Of a stretch of DNA of 64,000 nt, positions 23,990-37,013 are shown piece by piece. Numbering within the stretch: the first letter of the stretch is position 1; each line of letters opens with the position of its first letter. The DNA comes from Harriotta raleighana. Taxonomy: Eukaryota. A program made the position numbers and the translations under genes. The DNA is taken from the NCBI GenBank assembly GCA_050575255.1, contig JBNZDD010013699.1, forward strand, positions 5,970,625 through 6,034,624, in the 5' to 3' direction. The notes beneath the pieces are model-generated. The model saw only the letters and a list, made by a program, of their open reading frames with translations, did not search any database and had not been told where the DNA came from.

Positions 23990-26900
23990 AACACAGCTGG
24001 GTAGCTGAGAACCATGGTATGCCCAGTGTGTGTCATGTAAGAACTCCAGGATGCCATTTGTAACCTGGACAATCAGATATGCATGAAGTGCCTCTGGCTG
24101 CTCAAGCTTGAGCTCAAGATTTCTGAGATTGAAGAGAGACTGGAGTCACTACATCATATATGGGAGGCTGAGGATTTCATGGACCAAACATTTCAGGAGG
24201 TGATCACCCCACAGCCACTGAGGCTTCAGAGGGAAAGTGATTGGGTGACAAACCAGCATGCTAGGAAGAAGGGATGGGCAGTGCAGAAATCCCCCTAAAA
24301 TGTGGCACTCACAAACCAGTACTAAATACTGATGAGGGTATTGATTCCTTGGGTGAGAGGAGCAAAATGCAAGTGGATTCACAGGGGGACATAGGGAAGA
24401 GTGTCAATGCGATTGCCATTGGGGATACAACAGTCAAAGGTATAGACAGGCTTTTCTGCAATCGAAGACGTGGGTGTCAATGGTATGTCCTGGTGCCAGG
24501 GTTGAATACATCACAGAACTGGTGCATACAATTCTACAGGGAAAAGGGGAACATTCAGAAGTGGTTGTCCATGTTGGGATCTATGAGGGTGGAAAAAAGA
24601 CTGAGATACTGCAGGGAGAGTATCAGAAGCTGGGGAGAAAGCTAAATAGTAGAACCTCGAAGGTGATGATTTCTGGATTACTACTTCCAGTGCTTTGTGC
24701 AAGTGAGTTTCAAAATGGCAGGATCAAGCACATGAATGCATGGTGGAGAAATGGTGCAGAAAGGAGGGCTTCAGGATCATTGGGACCACTTCTGGGACAA
24801 GTGGGACCAGTACAAGATGGATGGGTTATACCTAAACAGGGCTGGGACTAATGTCCTTGCAGGGAGATTATCTAGTCTTTGCAAAGGGATAAGGTGCTAG
24901 AGGGCCTAAAAACATTCTTAGGCCCTTTAGCACTTAAACTACTCTATCTGGTTAGAGTTTAATGAACAAAAAATGAGCTGTTACTCTGTTAGGGGTATAC
25001 TACGAACCACCAAAAAGTGGGAAGGAGATAAATGAGCAGATCTGCAAGCAGATTTCAGAAAAATGCAAAGTCAATAGAGTAGTGATAATGGGGGACTTCA
25101 ATTATCCCAACATAGACTGGCAAAATAACGGCGTAAAGGGCAAGGAGGGAGAAAGGATTCCTGAAATGTGTTCAGGACAACTTTCTTGATCAGTATGTTT
25201 CCAGCCCAACGAGGAAGGAAATAGTGCTGGATCTAGTTCTGGGAACGAAGTAGGGCAAGTGGTAGGTTTCAGTAGGAGAGCATCTGGGCAATAGTGATCA
25301 CAACATTATTAGATTCAGAGTACTTTATGGAAAGGGCCAAGGAACAATCAAAGGATACTCAACCAGAGGAGGGTTAATTTCAGTGAGTTAAAAAGGGACC
25401 TAACCAAGGTGGACTGGAAAGAAACATTGGCAGATAAAACAGCAATGGGAAGTCCTCAAGGAGGAGATAGTTTGGGGACAGGACAAATACATTCCCATAA
25501 AGGGAAAACGTAGCTCATCCGAACCTCCCTGGGACTAAAACATAAAAAGGAGGCTTCTGACAAATGTCAGAAGACAACCATATAGAATATAGCAAATACA
25601 GAGGAGAACTGAAAAAGGAAATAAAAGAGGCAAAGATTATACAAGAAAAGATTAGCGGGTAACATTAAAGGGAACCCTAAGATATTTTATAAGCATATCA
25701 AGAATAAAAGGTTAGTCAAAGGTAGAGAGGGGCCAATTAGGGACCCAAGGTGGAAATTTTATTGCGGTGGCAGAGGGCATGGCTGATGTACTGATTGAGT
25801 ACTTCTCATGTGTCTTCACAAAAGAAGAGGATGCAGCCTCAGAATTGGAGGAGAGGGTAGAGGAATTGGATAGGATAATTATAAACAGAGAGGAAGTACT
25901 AAAAAGGTTGACAGTATTCAAGGTAGATAAGTCACCTGGTCTGGACGGGATGCATCCTGGGTTACTAAGGAAAGTACGGGTGCAAATAGAAGAGGCTCTG
26001 GCCCCAACCTTTCAATCTTCCTTGGACACGGAGGTAGTGCCAGAGGACTGGAAGGTTACTTAAGTTGCTGATGTACAAAAAGGGGCAGAAAGACAAACCT
26101 GGGAACTACAGGCCAATCAGTATAACATCAGTAGTGGGGGAAACTTCAAGAGACTATAATCTGGGACAAATTAAATCTTCACTTAGAAAAATATAGGTTA
26201 ATAAAAGACAGCCAACACAGATTTATTAAAGACAAATCTTGTCTATCAAACCTGATAGTGGTTTTTGATGAGGTAATGGAGATGGTGGATGAAGGTATAA
26301 CAACAACAACTTCAATTTATATAGCGCCTTCCACGTCAGACGGCATCTCAGAGCGCTAGGTAGAGCAGTTGATGTAGTTTATAAGGACTTTCAAAAGGCA
26401 TTTGACAAAGTGCGGCATAAAAGACTTCTAAGGAAAATAGAAGCCACGGTATTAAAGATACAGTGGCAGCATGGATCCAGAATTGGCTGGGAGACAGAAA
26501 GCAGAGAGTTGTGGTGAACGGCTACTTTTCTGACTGGAGGGAAGTGTACAGTGGTGGCCCAAAGGGATCGGTATTGGGACCACTGCTCTTTTTTGTACGT
26601 ATAAATGATCTGGACTTGGATATAGGGAGTACAATTTCCAAGTTTGCAGAAGATACAAAGTTAGGAAAAGTAGTAAGTAGTGAGGAGGATAGTAACAGAC
26701 TACAAGAGGACATAGACAGAATGGTAAAATGGGCAGACATATGGCAGATGAAGTTTAATGTGGAGAAATGCGAGGTAATGCCTTGTGGGAGGAAGAATGA
26801 GGAGAGGCAATATAGTCTAGATAGTACAAACTTAAGCAAATCTTTGAAGGTGGCAGGTCAGGTAGATAAGACTTTTTTTTAAAAAAGCATACAGGATACT

Positions 26901-27242
26901 AGGCTTTATAAATAGGGGCATAGAATACAAAAGTCAGGAAGTATGTCAGTGATTCAAGGTCACAGATTGAAATAGTTTCTAAAAGAAGCAGAGGGGAGGT
27001 GATGAGAATTTTTTTCTGCAGCGAGTTGCTTGAATCTGGAAGTATTGCCTGAAAGGGTGATGGAGGCCAATTTCGATAGTAACTTTTAAAAGAGAGGTGG
27101 CTGGTTATTTGGGGAGAACGGGTTTGTGGGGTTATGGGGAGAGAACCGTGAGTGGGATTGACTTTGAAAAACTCTTTTCAAAGAGCTAGCACAGACACAA
27201 TGGGCTAAATGGCCTCCTTTTGTGCTGTATGATTCTGTGATA
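23990..27242 (+). mobile_element. Decayed, internally deleted near-full-length CR1 LINE (ORF1 Zn-finger/zipper plus esterase; ORF2 endonuclease-RT)
   Basis: CMKC..L......ISEIEERLESL; VVVHVG...LGRKL.SRTSKVMISGLL (SGNH esterase-like); MGDFNYPNIDW; KSPGLDGMHP; GSVLGPLLF..IND..KFAEDTKL; 3'UTR and atgattctgtgat tail. Many frameshifts. Confidence 0.93.
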
Positions 27243-27435
27243 TAGCATCTTTCACATTAGGAGGACATTTTAATGGTGCAGGACATCTCAGGGTTTGGTG
27301 TGGGGAGAGATCTCCAAAAACGGTCAATTTGACAAGAACAAGTAGAGACAGAATATTGAAGGGTACACAGAAATTACAGGGAATTAAAATGGATGGCTTC
27401 TTGGAGGAGCAAACTCTTGACAAAGAGCATGATTA

Positions 27436-27570
27436 TAGAATCATAGAATTATACAGCACAGAAGGAGTCCATTCAGCCTATCATGCCCGTGCCGGTTCTT
27501 GAAAGAGCTATCCAAATTAATCTCACTCCCTCTCTCTCCCCATAGTCTTAGAAATTTGTCTTCCCCAAAA
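27436..27570 (-). mobile_element. CR1 3' end
   Basis: atagaatcatagaat tail and acagcacagaaggagtccattcagcc. Confidence 0.8.
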
Positions 27571-28099
27571 TGATCTGTGTTTAACATTTCTGTGTTTCAA
27601 TAAGTGGAAAGAACCCTTGAACCTAACCATCTTGTAACACAGAACATCATGTCCTGTAATCACAGTGCATCTTGATGCTGTTCAGAGTTATTTATTTAGC
27701 ATCATATTGAGTTATGTTTGTGGCTAAATGGTGTGCATTTCTAGAATACATGTTTAGGTTATGGCATCACCTACTTTTTCCCTTGAAGGTGTGAATACAG
27801 ATAATGCTTAGCTTTGTATACTGAGGTTCTGTTTTCGAAGGGCGTTGAATTTTTATTTCCGAGAAAGAAATTTAAGAGGATTTAGATATACATGTGAAAA
27901 TGTCAAGGCTAAACAACTTGTCTGATTACTGACGTATCAAATTGTTTAATATTTATATATTGGAATAACCTTAAAATATGTTAAAGCAGCATAGGAAGTG
28001 ATCATTTTCTGAATTCTCTAAAATAAAGTATTGGTATAAGATACCACCAATACCCGGTGAGAATATAAAATTGGCTTCTTAGAACAAACGTTTGTGCAT

Positions 28100-28860
28100 A
28101 ACAACAATAAAATTTCATTTCTAGAGCGTCTTTCACGTCGGGAGAATGACTCAAGGTGCTTAGGTCGGGACCTGAGCAAGGGAGAGGGGCAAGGTAGAGG
28201 GGAGGGGCAAGAGAGAGTTAGGAGGGGAGGGAGAGAGTTGGGAGGCAGCAGAAGGCACGATCGAAGAGGAGGGTCTTGAGACAGAGGTGTTTTTAACATT
28301 GGTGCAATCGGTGCAACACACTGACGGCCCCTCATATTGCGAGCCCTCAAAGTAATGTAAAACATCATCGAAATGGGAGGATTTCAGTGTGCTGTGCCCT
28401 TGTCTTTTGTTAAAAATAGCGAAAACCAGAGCTCTCCCCAGCCCAGCGGAGCAGGCGGTCTGCCTAAACAGGCATCGCACCCGCCGATAGTTAATTTTTG
28501 TATAAAATAAAATTGCGCACTTATTAAACTTACCGTCAAATTGCACCAAGTAGTTTGAAGTCTTAAAAACGCCTCTGTCTTGAGACCACCTTGAAGGAGG
28601 CAAGGGAGAAAGTGAGGCGGAGGGTCTATGGGATGGAGTTCCAGAGTGTGGGGGCAGAGAAGCTGAAGCCCAGCCATCGATGGTAGGGCGGGTTGGGTGG
28701 GGGACATAGAGCAGAGCCTGCTGAACGGAGGAGAAGGGCAGGATAATAGGAGAACAGCAAGTCAGAGAGATAGGAGGGGCAAGGCCATGAATGGCCTTGA
28801 AAGTGAGGACGAAGATCTTGAATTCGATCCTTTGGGGGATGGGGAGCCAATGGAGCCAGG
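28100..28860 (-). mobile_element. L2 LINE 3' fragment interrupted by a hAT MITE
   Basis: L2 tail; sequence continuous across 28282-28577; homologous to the 8190-8752 copy. Confidence 0.88.
28282..28577. mobile_element. hAT-type MITE, 296 bp
   Basis: TIRs cagaggtgtttttaa / ttaaaaacgcctctg; perfect 8-bp TSD tcttgaga. Confidence 0.9.
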
Positions 28861-29479
28861 CAACATAATGATGGAAAATGCAATAATTGATAGAAATGGA
28901 ATTTGTATTTTCTTACAGTACCTCGGCATTATTACTTTATCATAGAGTTTTAAAGAGGTCAGTGGATCTTAATGTATCAGTTGATTGCTTTAATGTTTTA
29001 AGTGATTTGATCTGTCAAATAATAGGTCTTCAATCAGCTCTTTCAAACAAACATCTGTTTTTATAAGCATTTTGCTGCTTTGTGTCAATTATTTCCTTCA
29101 AGCCCCTTGTTTTTTATATTGTCATCTATCTGTTATACTGTACAACAACAACAAAAAATTACATTTATTTCAGGTCAGGAGAACATCCCAAGGCACTGGG
29201 AGTTAAGCTATACTAAAATTCTTGCAAAGACTAGTTTTCAATAAAACATCCAGCATTTTTTTAAAGCTTTTCACGAGTTATAAAAGTTCTTTTATTCCTA
29301 CTTTTGCACTGTTTCTTTAGAATTGAGCATTGAGGGAGGGATTTATGATTTGACAATTCTTTGAGAAGTCTTCTGATGGGAGTTGTAAGTTTAATTTTTA
29401 ATATTCATGACCTAGGACTAAACTGAAATGCAAGGAGAGTTGTCCTTAAAAAAATTGTAATATTCCAATATATTTCTAG

Positions 29480-29538
29480 GATTATTTGATAAACATTCTA
29501 ATGAGGAATGCCAGGAATGAGACTTGTGAGACTGCACG
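29480..29538 (+). CDS. RALGAPA2: RALGAPA2 exon (DYLINILMRNARNETCETAR)
   Basis: tttctag / CG|gtaaga, 59 nt, phase 0-2. Confidence 0.94.
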
Positions 29539-30479
29539 GTAAGAAAATTTTATATTATTAATGACTACAAATGTTATATAGAATATTTTTTGAAAATCTA
29601 TTATATTCATCTTTTTAAATTCATAAAATACTTTTTTTTGAACAAAACAATTTTTGAAAGGGGAAGAATTTTGCTGCGTCTATAATGAATATCTCTAATG
29701 AAATAATAACTCTCTGAAGGGCATCCAGTTTATCTAAATAACTGATGCAGATTGGCAAGGGCACAATGACCACAGAATGTATGTTCAGTACTCCTGAAAT
29801 TTAAACAGATAGGATTGTTGTTGAGAACACAACTTGTTGTTGTTGGGCAAGCTAGTAGCTACTCATCCAGCTAAGACCACCTTACCTATTGGATTTTGGC
29901 TTGCAAGGTTAACAGGAACCAAGGAGGAAGAATCCCTATCCCCAGTGACCATATGATCCTCCATTTCCTACTGACGAGCAAGGCTGGCTGGTCTGTGAAT
30001 TTGAGTGCTGTAGACTTGTCTGCATCAGGGACCAGACAACCGAGACTGCCAAATACGTCATTTGGAACCAGATTATCTCCAAGGACTGCTTACCTTTAAC
30101 CCTACTCCACCACCAAGGATCCATGGATAGCAACTACTTTGTTAGCACATTTATTTTCAGTGCCAGTATTCAACAGGATTTTATTTGGTATAAAATGTCT
30201 TTGCAACACTCATTTTGTGGAAGGTAGTGCTCTGTCCAAGGCATATTGCACTCAATAAATTAAGTTTTAATAAGGATAGTTTAATGAAATACATAAACCA
30301 GTTTATACATTCAATACACGTAGTAAGTTACCTGTCAGCAATTTGCTCACCTGCAAAAAGAGCTGAGTAGAAGAGTATAAGTGACAGTGATAATGGCCAA
30401 AAAGAACTATTCTATCTCAGTGGAACAACATTGCAATGTACTTGAGTTTTTAATATGCAACTTTTTAAATTGTATTTAG

Positions 30480-30588
30480 ATGTATTGCAGTGTGCAGTAT
30501 TGGAATCTGGATTTGTGAAGAATTGGTGGAGTGTACAAACCATGCTCAAGTCAAAGATGCATTGAATGTGTTAGGAGTGACACTGAAG
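30480..30588 (+). CDS. RALGAPA2: RALGAPA2 exon ([15 protein letters not shown]...GVTLK)
   Basis: atttag / AAG|gtaatg, 109 nt, phase 2-0. Confidence 0.96.
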
Positions 30589-31300
30589 GTAATGTGTACT
30601 ACATACTCATCATTTGAAGTGCAAATACTCAATTAATAGAATCAAATGAGATTATTGTTTGCAAAGGTTAAAAAAAAAACTTTAATGGATTAAAAATTTA
30701 ATTTCCACATCATTGCCTTGTAAAACAATCAAGACTGGAAAAGGACAATTCAATTTTTTTTAGAAATAAAAAGCAACAAAATCTGGGTCCCATTTGTGAT
30801 ATTCATAAACTGTATTTGTTGTGTTAATTATAGTGTTCAGTTTGTAAAATATTCAGTGAAATTAATCACCAGAAAATTGTAATGAGCCATCAAACTAGAA
30901 AAAAAAGGCTTAACTGGAAATTTCACGGTTACAATCACTGTTTTGTTCTGTCCAACGCTGCAATATTATGTCACAAATATTTTGACATGTGAACTAAGCA
31001 TTGTTTATATATTGAACTAATGATAGAAATTACTGCTGTTATCATGCCTGCTTCTTTTTGTAAAAAGAATTACACCAAGTTAAAGCCAATTTTATAAAAT
31101 GCCAGAGTAAATTTATTGATGGGTAGTTCGAAGGTACAATGCTTTTATCTCTTAGTGTATTCCATATACATGTTACTTAGGAAGTGATATTTGGTGTTTC
31201 TATAAATCTTTAAATTTGCCTGTTTCCTTCACCAAAAGACAAAGCAAATTTACTTCAATATTGTCAACAAAGTGGTATTCATTGGAGTACATCAACAATT

Positions 31301-31578
31301 TAATAATAATCATCCTTGCATTTCATATAACATCACAGATTCATCTCAAATCGCTTCACAGGATAAACTGCAAAGTGAATTAACCGTACATTTTGTAGGC
31401 GAAAAGCAGCAGCAAATTGCACACAGCTGTGTCTCACAAACAGTTGTGGATTGAGTGACAATTTTTTTTTGGGTGGGATTATTACTCCCGGAAAGCGATC
31501 CACCAATTGACTCACAAGCGGGTTGCTACTTACTGCTAGGTAAACAGAGGCATTTGTGGAGTAAGGAAACTTGATCAA
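31301..31578 (-). mobile_element. tRNA-derived SINE (5'-truncated)
   Basis: Reverse complement of SINE tail and body (gcgatccaccaat, gtaaggaaacttg). Confidence 0.82.
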
Positions 31579-32569
31579 CAATTTATTCCACCAACATCTT
31601 GCATTTAAATAACGCTGTTCACACAGAGTAGCATCCCGCAGCACTTAACAGTGTTGTATTTTGAATTTAACATAGTTTATGGCATAATTAGTAATCATCC
31701 TTGGCTTTAATATAGCATTTTATCAGGTTGTCAGTGTCTCAACCCCCTTCATAGGATATCTATAAAGTGGTTTGACTGTATTTTCTGGGCAAATAGTTTA
31801 CGCCATTCCCATGAAATACCATATTTCATGAAAAGAAGATATAATTGTGAACCTGCTATACATTGATGGAAAAAAAATTGTAGCGATGTTACTAGGATCC
31901 ATCATTATACTTAACAAACAAGTACAAGATATTTCTATTTAATTATAATAGTCAGCATTTATAACATTTACAATCCATATTACTGTACCAAAGGGCCTAC
32001 CGACAAATTCACCCTGGAACTGCAGAATTGGTTTTAACTCAATGCAGATGATTGAGTAGAAAATAGACAAGATAATTTCAGCAATGTTATGTGTTTTTGC
32101 AACTTCTGGGTTAAGAAATCCAAAGCATTAAGACAGGAAGTCCCCCAAATGAATGGCAAGCAAAAAGATGGCTGTTTCCCCCCTACACAAGTATTATGCA
32201 TATTCATGGGAAATGGATGTTTAGTTATGAACCCTTGCCCAGACTTTATTTTTGCAAATCTTTTGAAATATAGCTAATGTATTTTTTTAAATTGAGAACT
32301 GCATTAGCAGTATATTTGTTGCAAAAATATTGAAGTGTGTAGTTCTGTATGCTGTTTAGCATTTAAAAGGAGTGACAGACTCAAAGAAGAATAAGATTAT
32401 TCAGGTACACTGCAAATGTTCACAGGATGCAACTTCTTCAGATCTGCCTGTTAATAAATGCTGACACTTATGAAAATACACTTGACATATATAAACTACA
32501 GGCATTTTTTTCTTCCAATTAACAAGTCGTTGTGTCCCAGCTTTGCTCTTCTCTTTCACGCCATGGATG

Positions 32570-33422
32570 AAGTTCCACAGTGTGGGAGCAGAGAGGATGA
32601 AAGCCCGGCCACCGATGGTTTTGCCGGTTAGGTTGGGTGGTTACACCACCTCTCCTCAGCTCAATCTTCGCGGACCTGCCCTTGACTAGTTAGACTCTTA
32701 CCTTCCCCAGCGCCTTGAGACGTCCTCCCAATGTGAAAGGAGATATATAAACGTGTTGTGGTTGTCTCCACTTTGGCAGCACTAATGGTTTCTCCTCCAG
32801 CCCCTGCACTATCACGCTTGGTGTCCCCCAGAAGTCTGTCCTTGGCCCTCTCCTTTCCCCTTGGTGACATCCTCCACAGACATGGGGTCAACTTCCTTAT
32901 GTAAGCGGATGACACCCAACTCTTAACTTTCTCCATCCTCGATTCCAGGACAAGTGGTGCTCTGACACCAAGTCCTGGAGGAGAGCTAACATTCTACAGT
33001 TGAATGTCCACAAGCCTGGGGCCTTCCTGATTGCAGCACAGGCATTGGCAGCATCAACTTCCATGAATGCACACTCCACCTCACCAGGCCAGACAGGAAC
33101 CTACATGTCTTGTTAGATCTTCAACTGTCTTTTCTCCCCCACATCCATACCGTGACCCGCTCTGCCTTCCTTCACTTCCACACAACATCGACTCCGCCAC
33201 TATCTCACCCCTCAGGCCACTGAAACTCATTCATGCCTTTATCACGTCCAGGCTCAACTATGCCAACCCCCACCTAAATCCCACCTAAAGATCATGCTTT
33301 TTAATTGTACTTATGGTCACCTCCCCACTCCTTCTCCCCTGGCTCATTGTCAGACTCCACCACTCTGAAGTGCTCTGAGATGCTACCCTGCATGAAGAGT
33401 GCTACATAAATGCAAGATGATG
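32570..33422. mobile_element. L2 fragment cluster: inverted piece plus tail (32570-32765) and an older + strand L2 (32790-33422)
   Basis: gtgtcccccagaagtctgtccttggccctctc (RT motif), LIHAFITSRLNYAN, two L2-type tails. Confidence 0.75.
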
Positions 33423-34375
33423 TCAAGAAGAGGCTGCTACCTAACATTAAAAAGAAAATTTGCTGATTTTAATGTCTATGGTTTAAACCAGTGTTATTTT
33501 ACTGCCACGTTTCACCCACAAAATCCATAGTCAATTCACTTCACAATATATTCTGTGAAGCACTTTGCGTTTAGTAACATGATAAAGCGCTCTAGCAAAT
33601 GAAAGGATTAATATTTTTGCTTACAGTATGAACAGTAGTAAGTAGTTCAGAATCTGTTACTGTTACTATGTATATATAGATATATGATTACTTCGGTCAT
33701 ATTCAAAATAGTGTACCGTTGAGCATACTTTTACAAAATGTGTTTTTAATATTTTGTGATAAATTGGAATAAAATGAAAAATTATTTTAATATACAATAG
33801 TGGGCATAAACTTTTGATGTTTGTGGGATTGGTTGTGATGCATCAAGAAGAGACAAAAGCCCATTAATTCCATTATTCAGTTCAAAATAAAATATAAATG
33901 TTTAGAATAATCTAGCTGTTGCAATTTAACTGCATACCTTTGATGTCCATCCAAAGTCAAGTATTAATCACTTATTTTACTTCTTGAATTCATTTCTTTA
34001 ATCACTTTATTTTTTTTTAAAAACAACTTGTGTTTCTGCTGCTTGCAGTTAATTGCTGGCTGAACACAACATGGCCATTTGCAAGCCAGCAGAACTCAAA
34101 TTGCCACAGGTGGAGCCTTTTCAAAAATGGAACAAACATTGTACTGATTTTCTGAGGGAAGAAGCTTTTATAGTGAAGTGCATTTCATCTTGTACTTGGA
34201 GATTCCGAGAAGCTAGCAAACAATAGAAGACAATAAATAGGAATAGATACTGTACTAAGGATAGACATAGAAAAATGATAGCCTTTGATGCCCAAGGATA
34301 GGATACAATTAGAGTTAGATTGTATAAACTATTTTATGACCAGAGTACAGTCATGGTGTACTTATTTATTTCTAG

Positions 34376-34486
34376 TTTTCCAACAAAGTTGTTGCAGAAG
34401 TAGCTTGTGATGTTCTTCAGCTGCTGGTGACACATTGGGAAAGGATGAAGAAGTACGAGTCCCAGCTTCCCAAGAAAATTACTGAG
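34376..34486 (+). CDS. RALGAPA2: RALGAPA2 exon (FSNKVVAEVACDVLQLL...KKITE)
   Basis: tttctag / GAG|gtaaat, 111 nt. Confidence 0.96.
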
Positions 34487-34623
34487 GTAAATTGCTTTCT
34501 TTCAAGCATTGTTGAAGGTATTGAGATTAGGATTGCTCTTTTAATCAAACATATATTATAAGGTGAGCACATGTTTAATAATTTTCACCTTTCAATGAAA
34601 TATCTATGTGTTTTTACACACAG

Positions 34624-34692
34624 ATCCTTGTAGCCACGATTGCATTTCTTCTGCCAAGTGCAGAGCACTCATCAGTGGATATTGATAAAAGG
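34624..34692 (+). CDS. RALGAPA2: RALGAPA2 exon (ILVATIAFLLPSAEHSSVDIDKR)
   Basis: acacag / AGG|gtaagt, 69 nt. Confidence 0.96.
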
Positions 34693-34791
34693 GTAAGTGT
34701 GAGCCCCTTTATTACTACTATTTAGCTGCAAGATAATGATTTGGGGGAAAGTAAGAGGTACATAAGACAATATTTTCTTTCTTCCTTTCAG

Positions 34792-34929
34792 TTGATAGTA
34801 TCTCTGTTACTCTGCCTTTTGGATTGGTGCATGGCGATGCCTGTAGAAACCCTCCTGGAACCTATTAATGCATCCATTCTGGAGGACCAAATAACACGAA
34901 GAGCACCTTTGCTGGACTATATTTATAGG
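34792..34929 (+). CDS. RALGAPA2: RALGAPA2 exon ([15 protein letters not shown]...LDYIYR)
   Basis: cctttcag / AGG|gtatgt, 138 nt. Confidence 0.96.
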
Positions 34930-35609
34930 GTATGTATGCACTGAGTGTGCAGCTGCTATTGTAGACATTTTAAAACTGGTCGGTTGTCTTATCTACTACC
35001 GAAAGGGTTCGGAGGGAGAGGGAGAAAACAAACTCTGTTGTGTTCCTTTTAGAATTGCCAGTGTTGCTTATGACATCCCAGGGATGAGGAATGTAGGAAA
35101 TAGATATGTAATATCATGCTTGGAGGTGATTTTCTGTAGCTAGGATACACTTTCAGTGGGTGAGGAGAGAGCTGTGTTCCTGTCTGACAGCTCTATTCAC
35201 CTGAGGGTTTGATCCTGTCATTTGGTACATAGTGACATTCTCTTTGTTAGTATTAAGTGCTTGAATATCCATGTAAAACTATAAATAGAATATATTAAAA
35301 TCCCAATTTGTTTCTCACTGACGGAACAATAGTATCAGTTCAATCATGGAATGATAATCCTATGATCTGGTATAGTGTGTATAACATTGGAATGTCTCAA
35401 AGTATTTACAAGTAATTGCAGTCAAGTTCAATAACTATGTAATTGTCATCAAATGTAACAGCCAATTTACTCATACAGCCACCCCACCCTCCCTCCCCAA
35501 CTACCACCACCAACTATAAAGTGAATTTATCTGGAGGATTGTTGGTCAGGATAAAAGGGAAATGCCATTCTCTTTTTGAACAGTGTCATAAGATCTAGGC
35601 ACCAACCAT

Positions 35610-35940
35610 TCACAATTGGTAGCAACCTTACCTTCGGATCTAAAGGTTGTAGGTTCAAGCCCCACATTGAGACCTTGATCTCGGTCTACTCTTGCACTCC
35701 TATATTGAACTAGGAAAGTCCTGCACGTGTATTTAGAAGATTCCATGACCCTATTCAAAAACAAGGGCATTGTTTCCCTGTGTTTTGTTCAACCATCCCC
35801 AGATTAATTGGTGATTCACTTCATGGTTTTCGCGGGACATTATTGTGTGCAAATGGGCTACAAAATCACTACATGAGACAACAACCACTCTGAGAAGAAC
35901 TTTGAGATGTTTCAACACAAGAGATACCATATTGAATGGT
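35610..35940 (+). mobile_element. DeuSINE-like element
   Basis: ggttcaagccccac B box; gattccatgaccctattcaa; cgggacattattgtgtgcaaatgg core. Confidence 0.62.
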
Positions 35941-36829
35941 ACCATATGAAATCATTTGCAACATATTCCTGAACAGGCAGATTAGGATCTTGCCTCATCT
36001 GAAGGTTGGCGCCTCTGACAATTTAGATCTACTCTATTGCTGATGTAATGCCAGCCTTAATGGTTTTGTTGACTGACTGATTTTAGGTCAGTCAGTCAAG
36101 GCTCCAAAATAGATGATGGGAAAAATGTTGTGCTTTTTGAGCTTCACAAAGGCTGTTTTTCAGCTATTTCGTAGTTATAATCGGAGAAATATTTCATCGA
36201 TTAACATGTCGAAAAATATTAAAGGACTATGCTAGATCAAGATTGCCATTCTGAGCGTTTAGGAAGACCATTGCCTGGGATTTCAATATTTTTCTACTTT
36301 TATTGGTTTAGGAAGAATTTACTCCAGTCATGTTAGAGTTTTAAAAATCAGTGCTCTTAACATTTTGAACTGTACTCTTTAAAAGTATTGAATATATATG
36401 TCTGGGGGCTGTCTTTTCTCATGATGAGTGGTACTGATGTTGTTTGAATGAAAAATGGCACATGGACATTTATTCAGAATTCCATCAACTGCCACATTAC
36501 CAACCCATCTCAGTTTTATTTAATTAGGATGAACTTTACACTGTTCACATTGCTTGTAATTGCAGCGCCAGAGACTCATAATTACTAGATGCAGTCTTAG
36601 CTATGATTAATCATTGTACTTGAGCCTCGGTTTTAATTAGCTCCTGGAGGAGTAAAAGAGCACAAGGTTGACAGAAGAGGGAAACTGTGCTGCTTTTTCA
36701 ATGTGCTGTTTGCTAACCAAATTAACAGTGAACATTAGTGTCATGGACCTCATACAGTTTACTTGAATTGGATCACAAGGTTGCTTTATATCAGACTCAT
36801 TACACACATTTATTCTCCATGTTTTACAG

Positions 36830-37013
36830 GTATTGCATTCCTGTGTTTGTGGCTCTCACCTCTTCACCCAACAAAGTCAATACCTCCTGACCCTTGCCGA
36901 TGTGTCTTCTACGGACTACGATCCATTTTTGACATTGGGAAATGTCAAGAATTCTGAGTCTACTCATTCATACGTCTCCAAGGATATTGCTAGTCTTCTT
37001 ACTGTCACTGAAG
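36830..37013 (+). CDS. RALGAPA2: RALGAPA2 exon (VLHSCVCGS...TDYDPFL...LLTVTE)
   Basis: ttttacag / G|gtgtgc, 184 nt, phase 0-1. Confidence 0.94.

Noticed and set aside
24083-26882. ORFs with esterase or RT similarity as functional genes
   Set aside because: Fragmented by frameshifts, stops and deletions; a decayed CR1.
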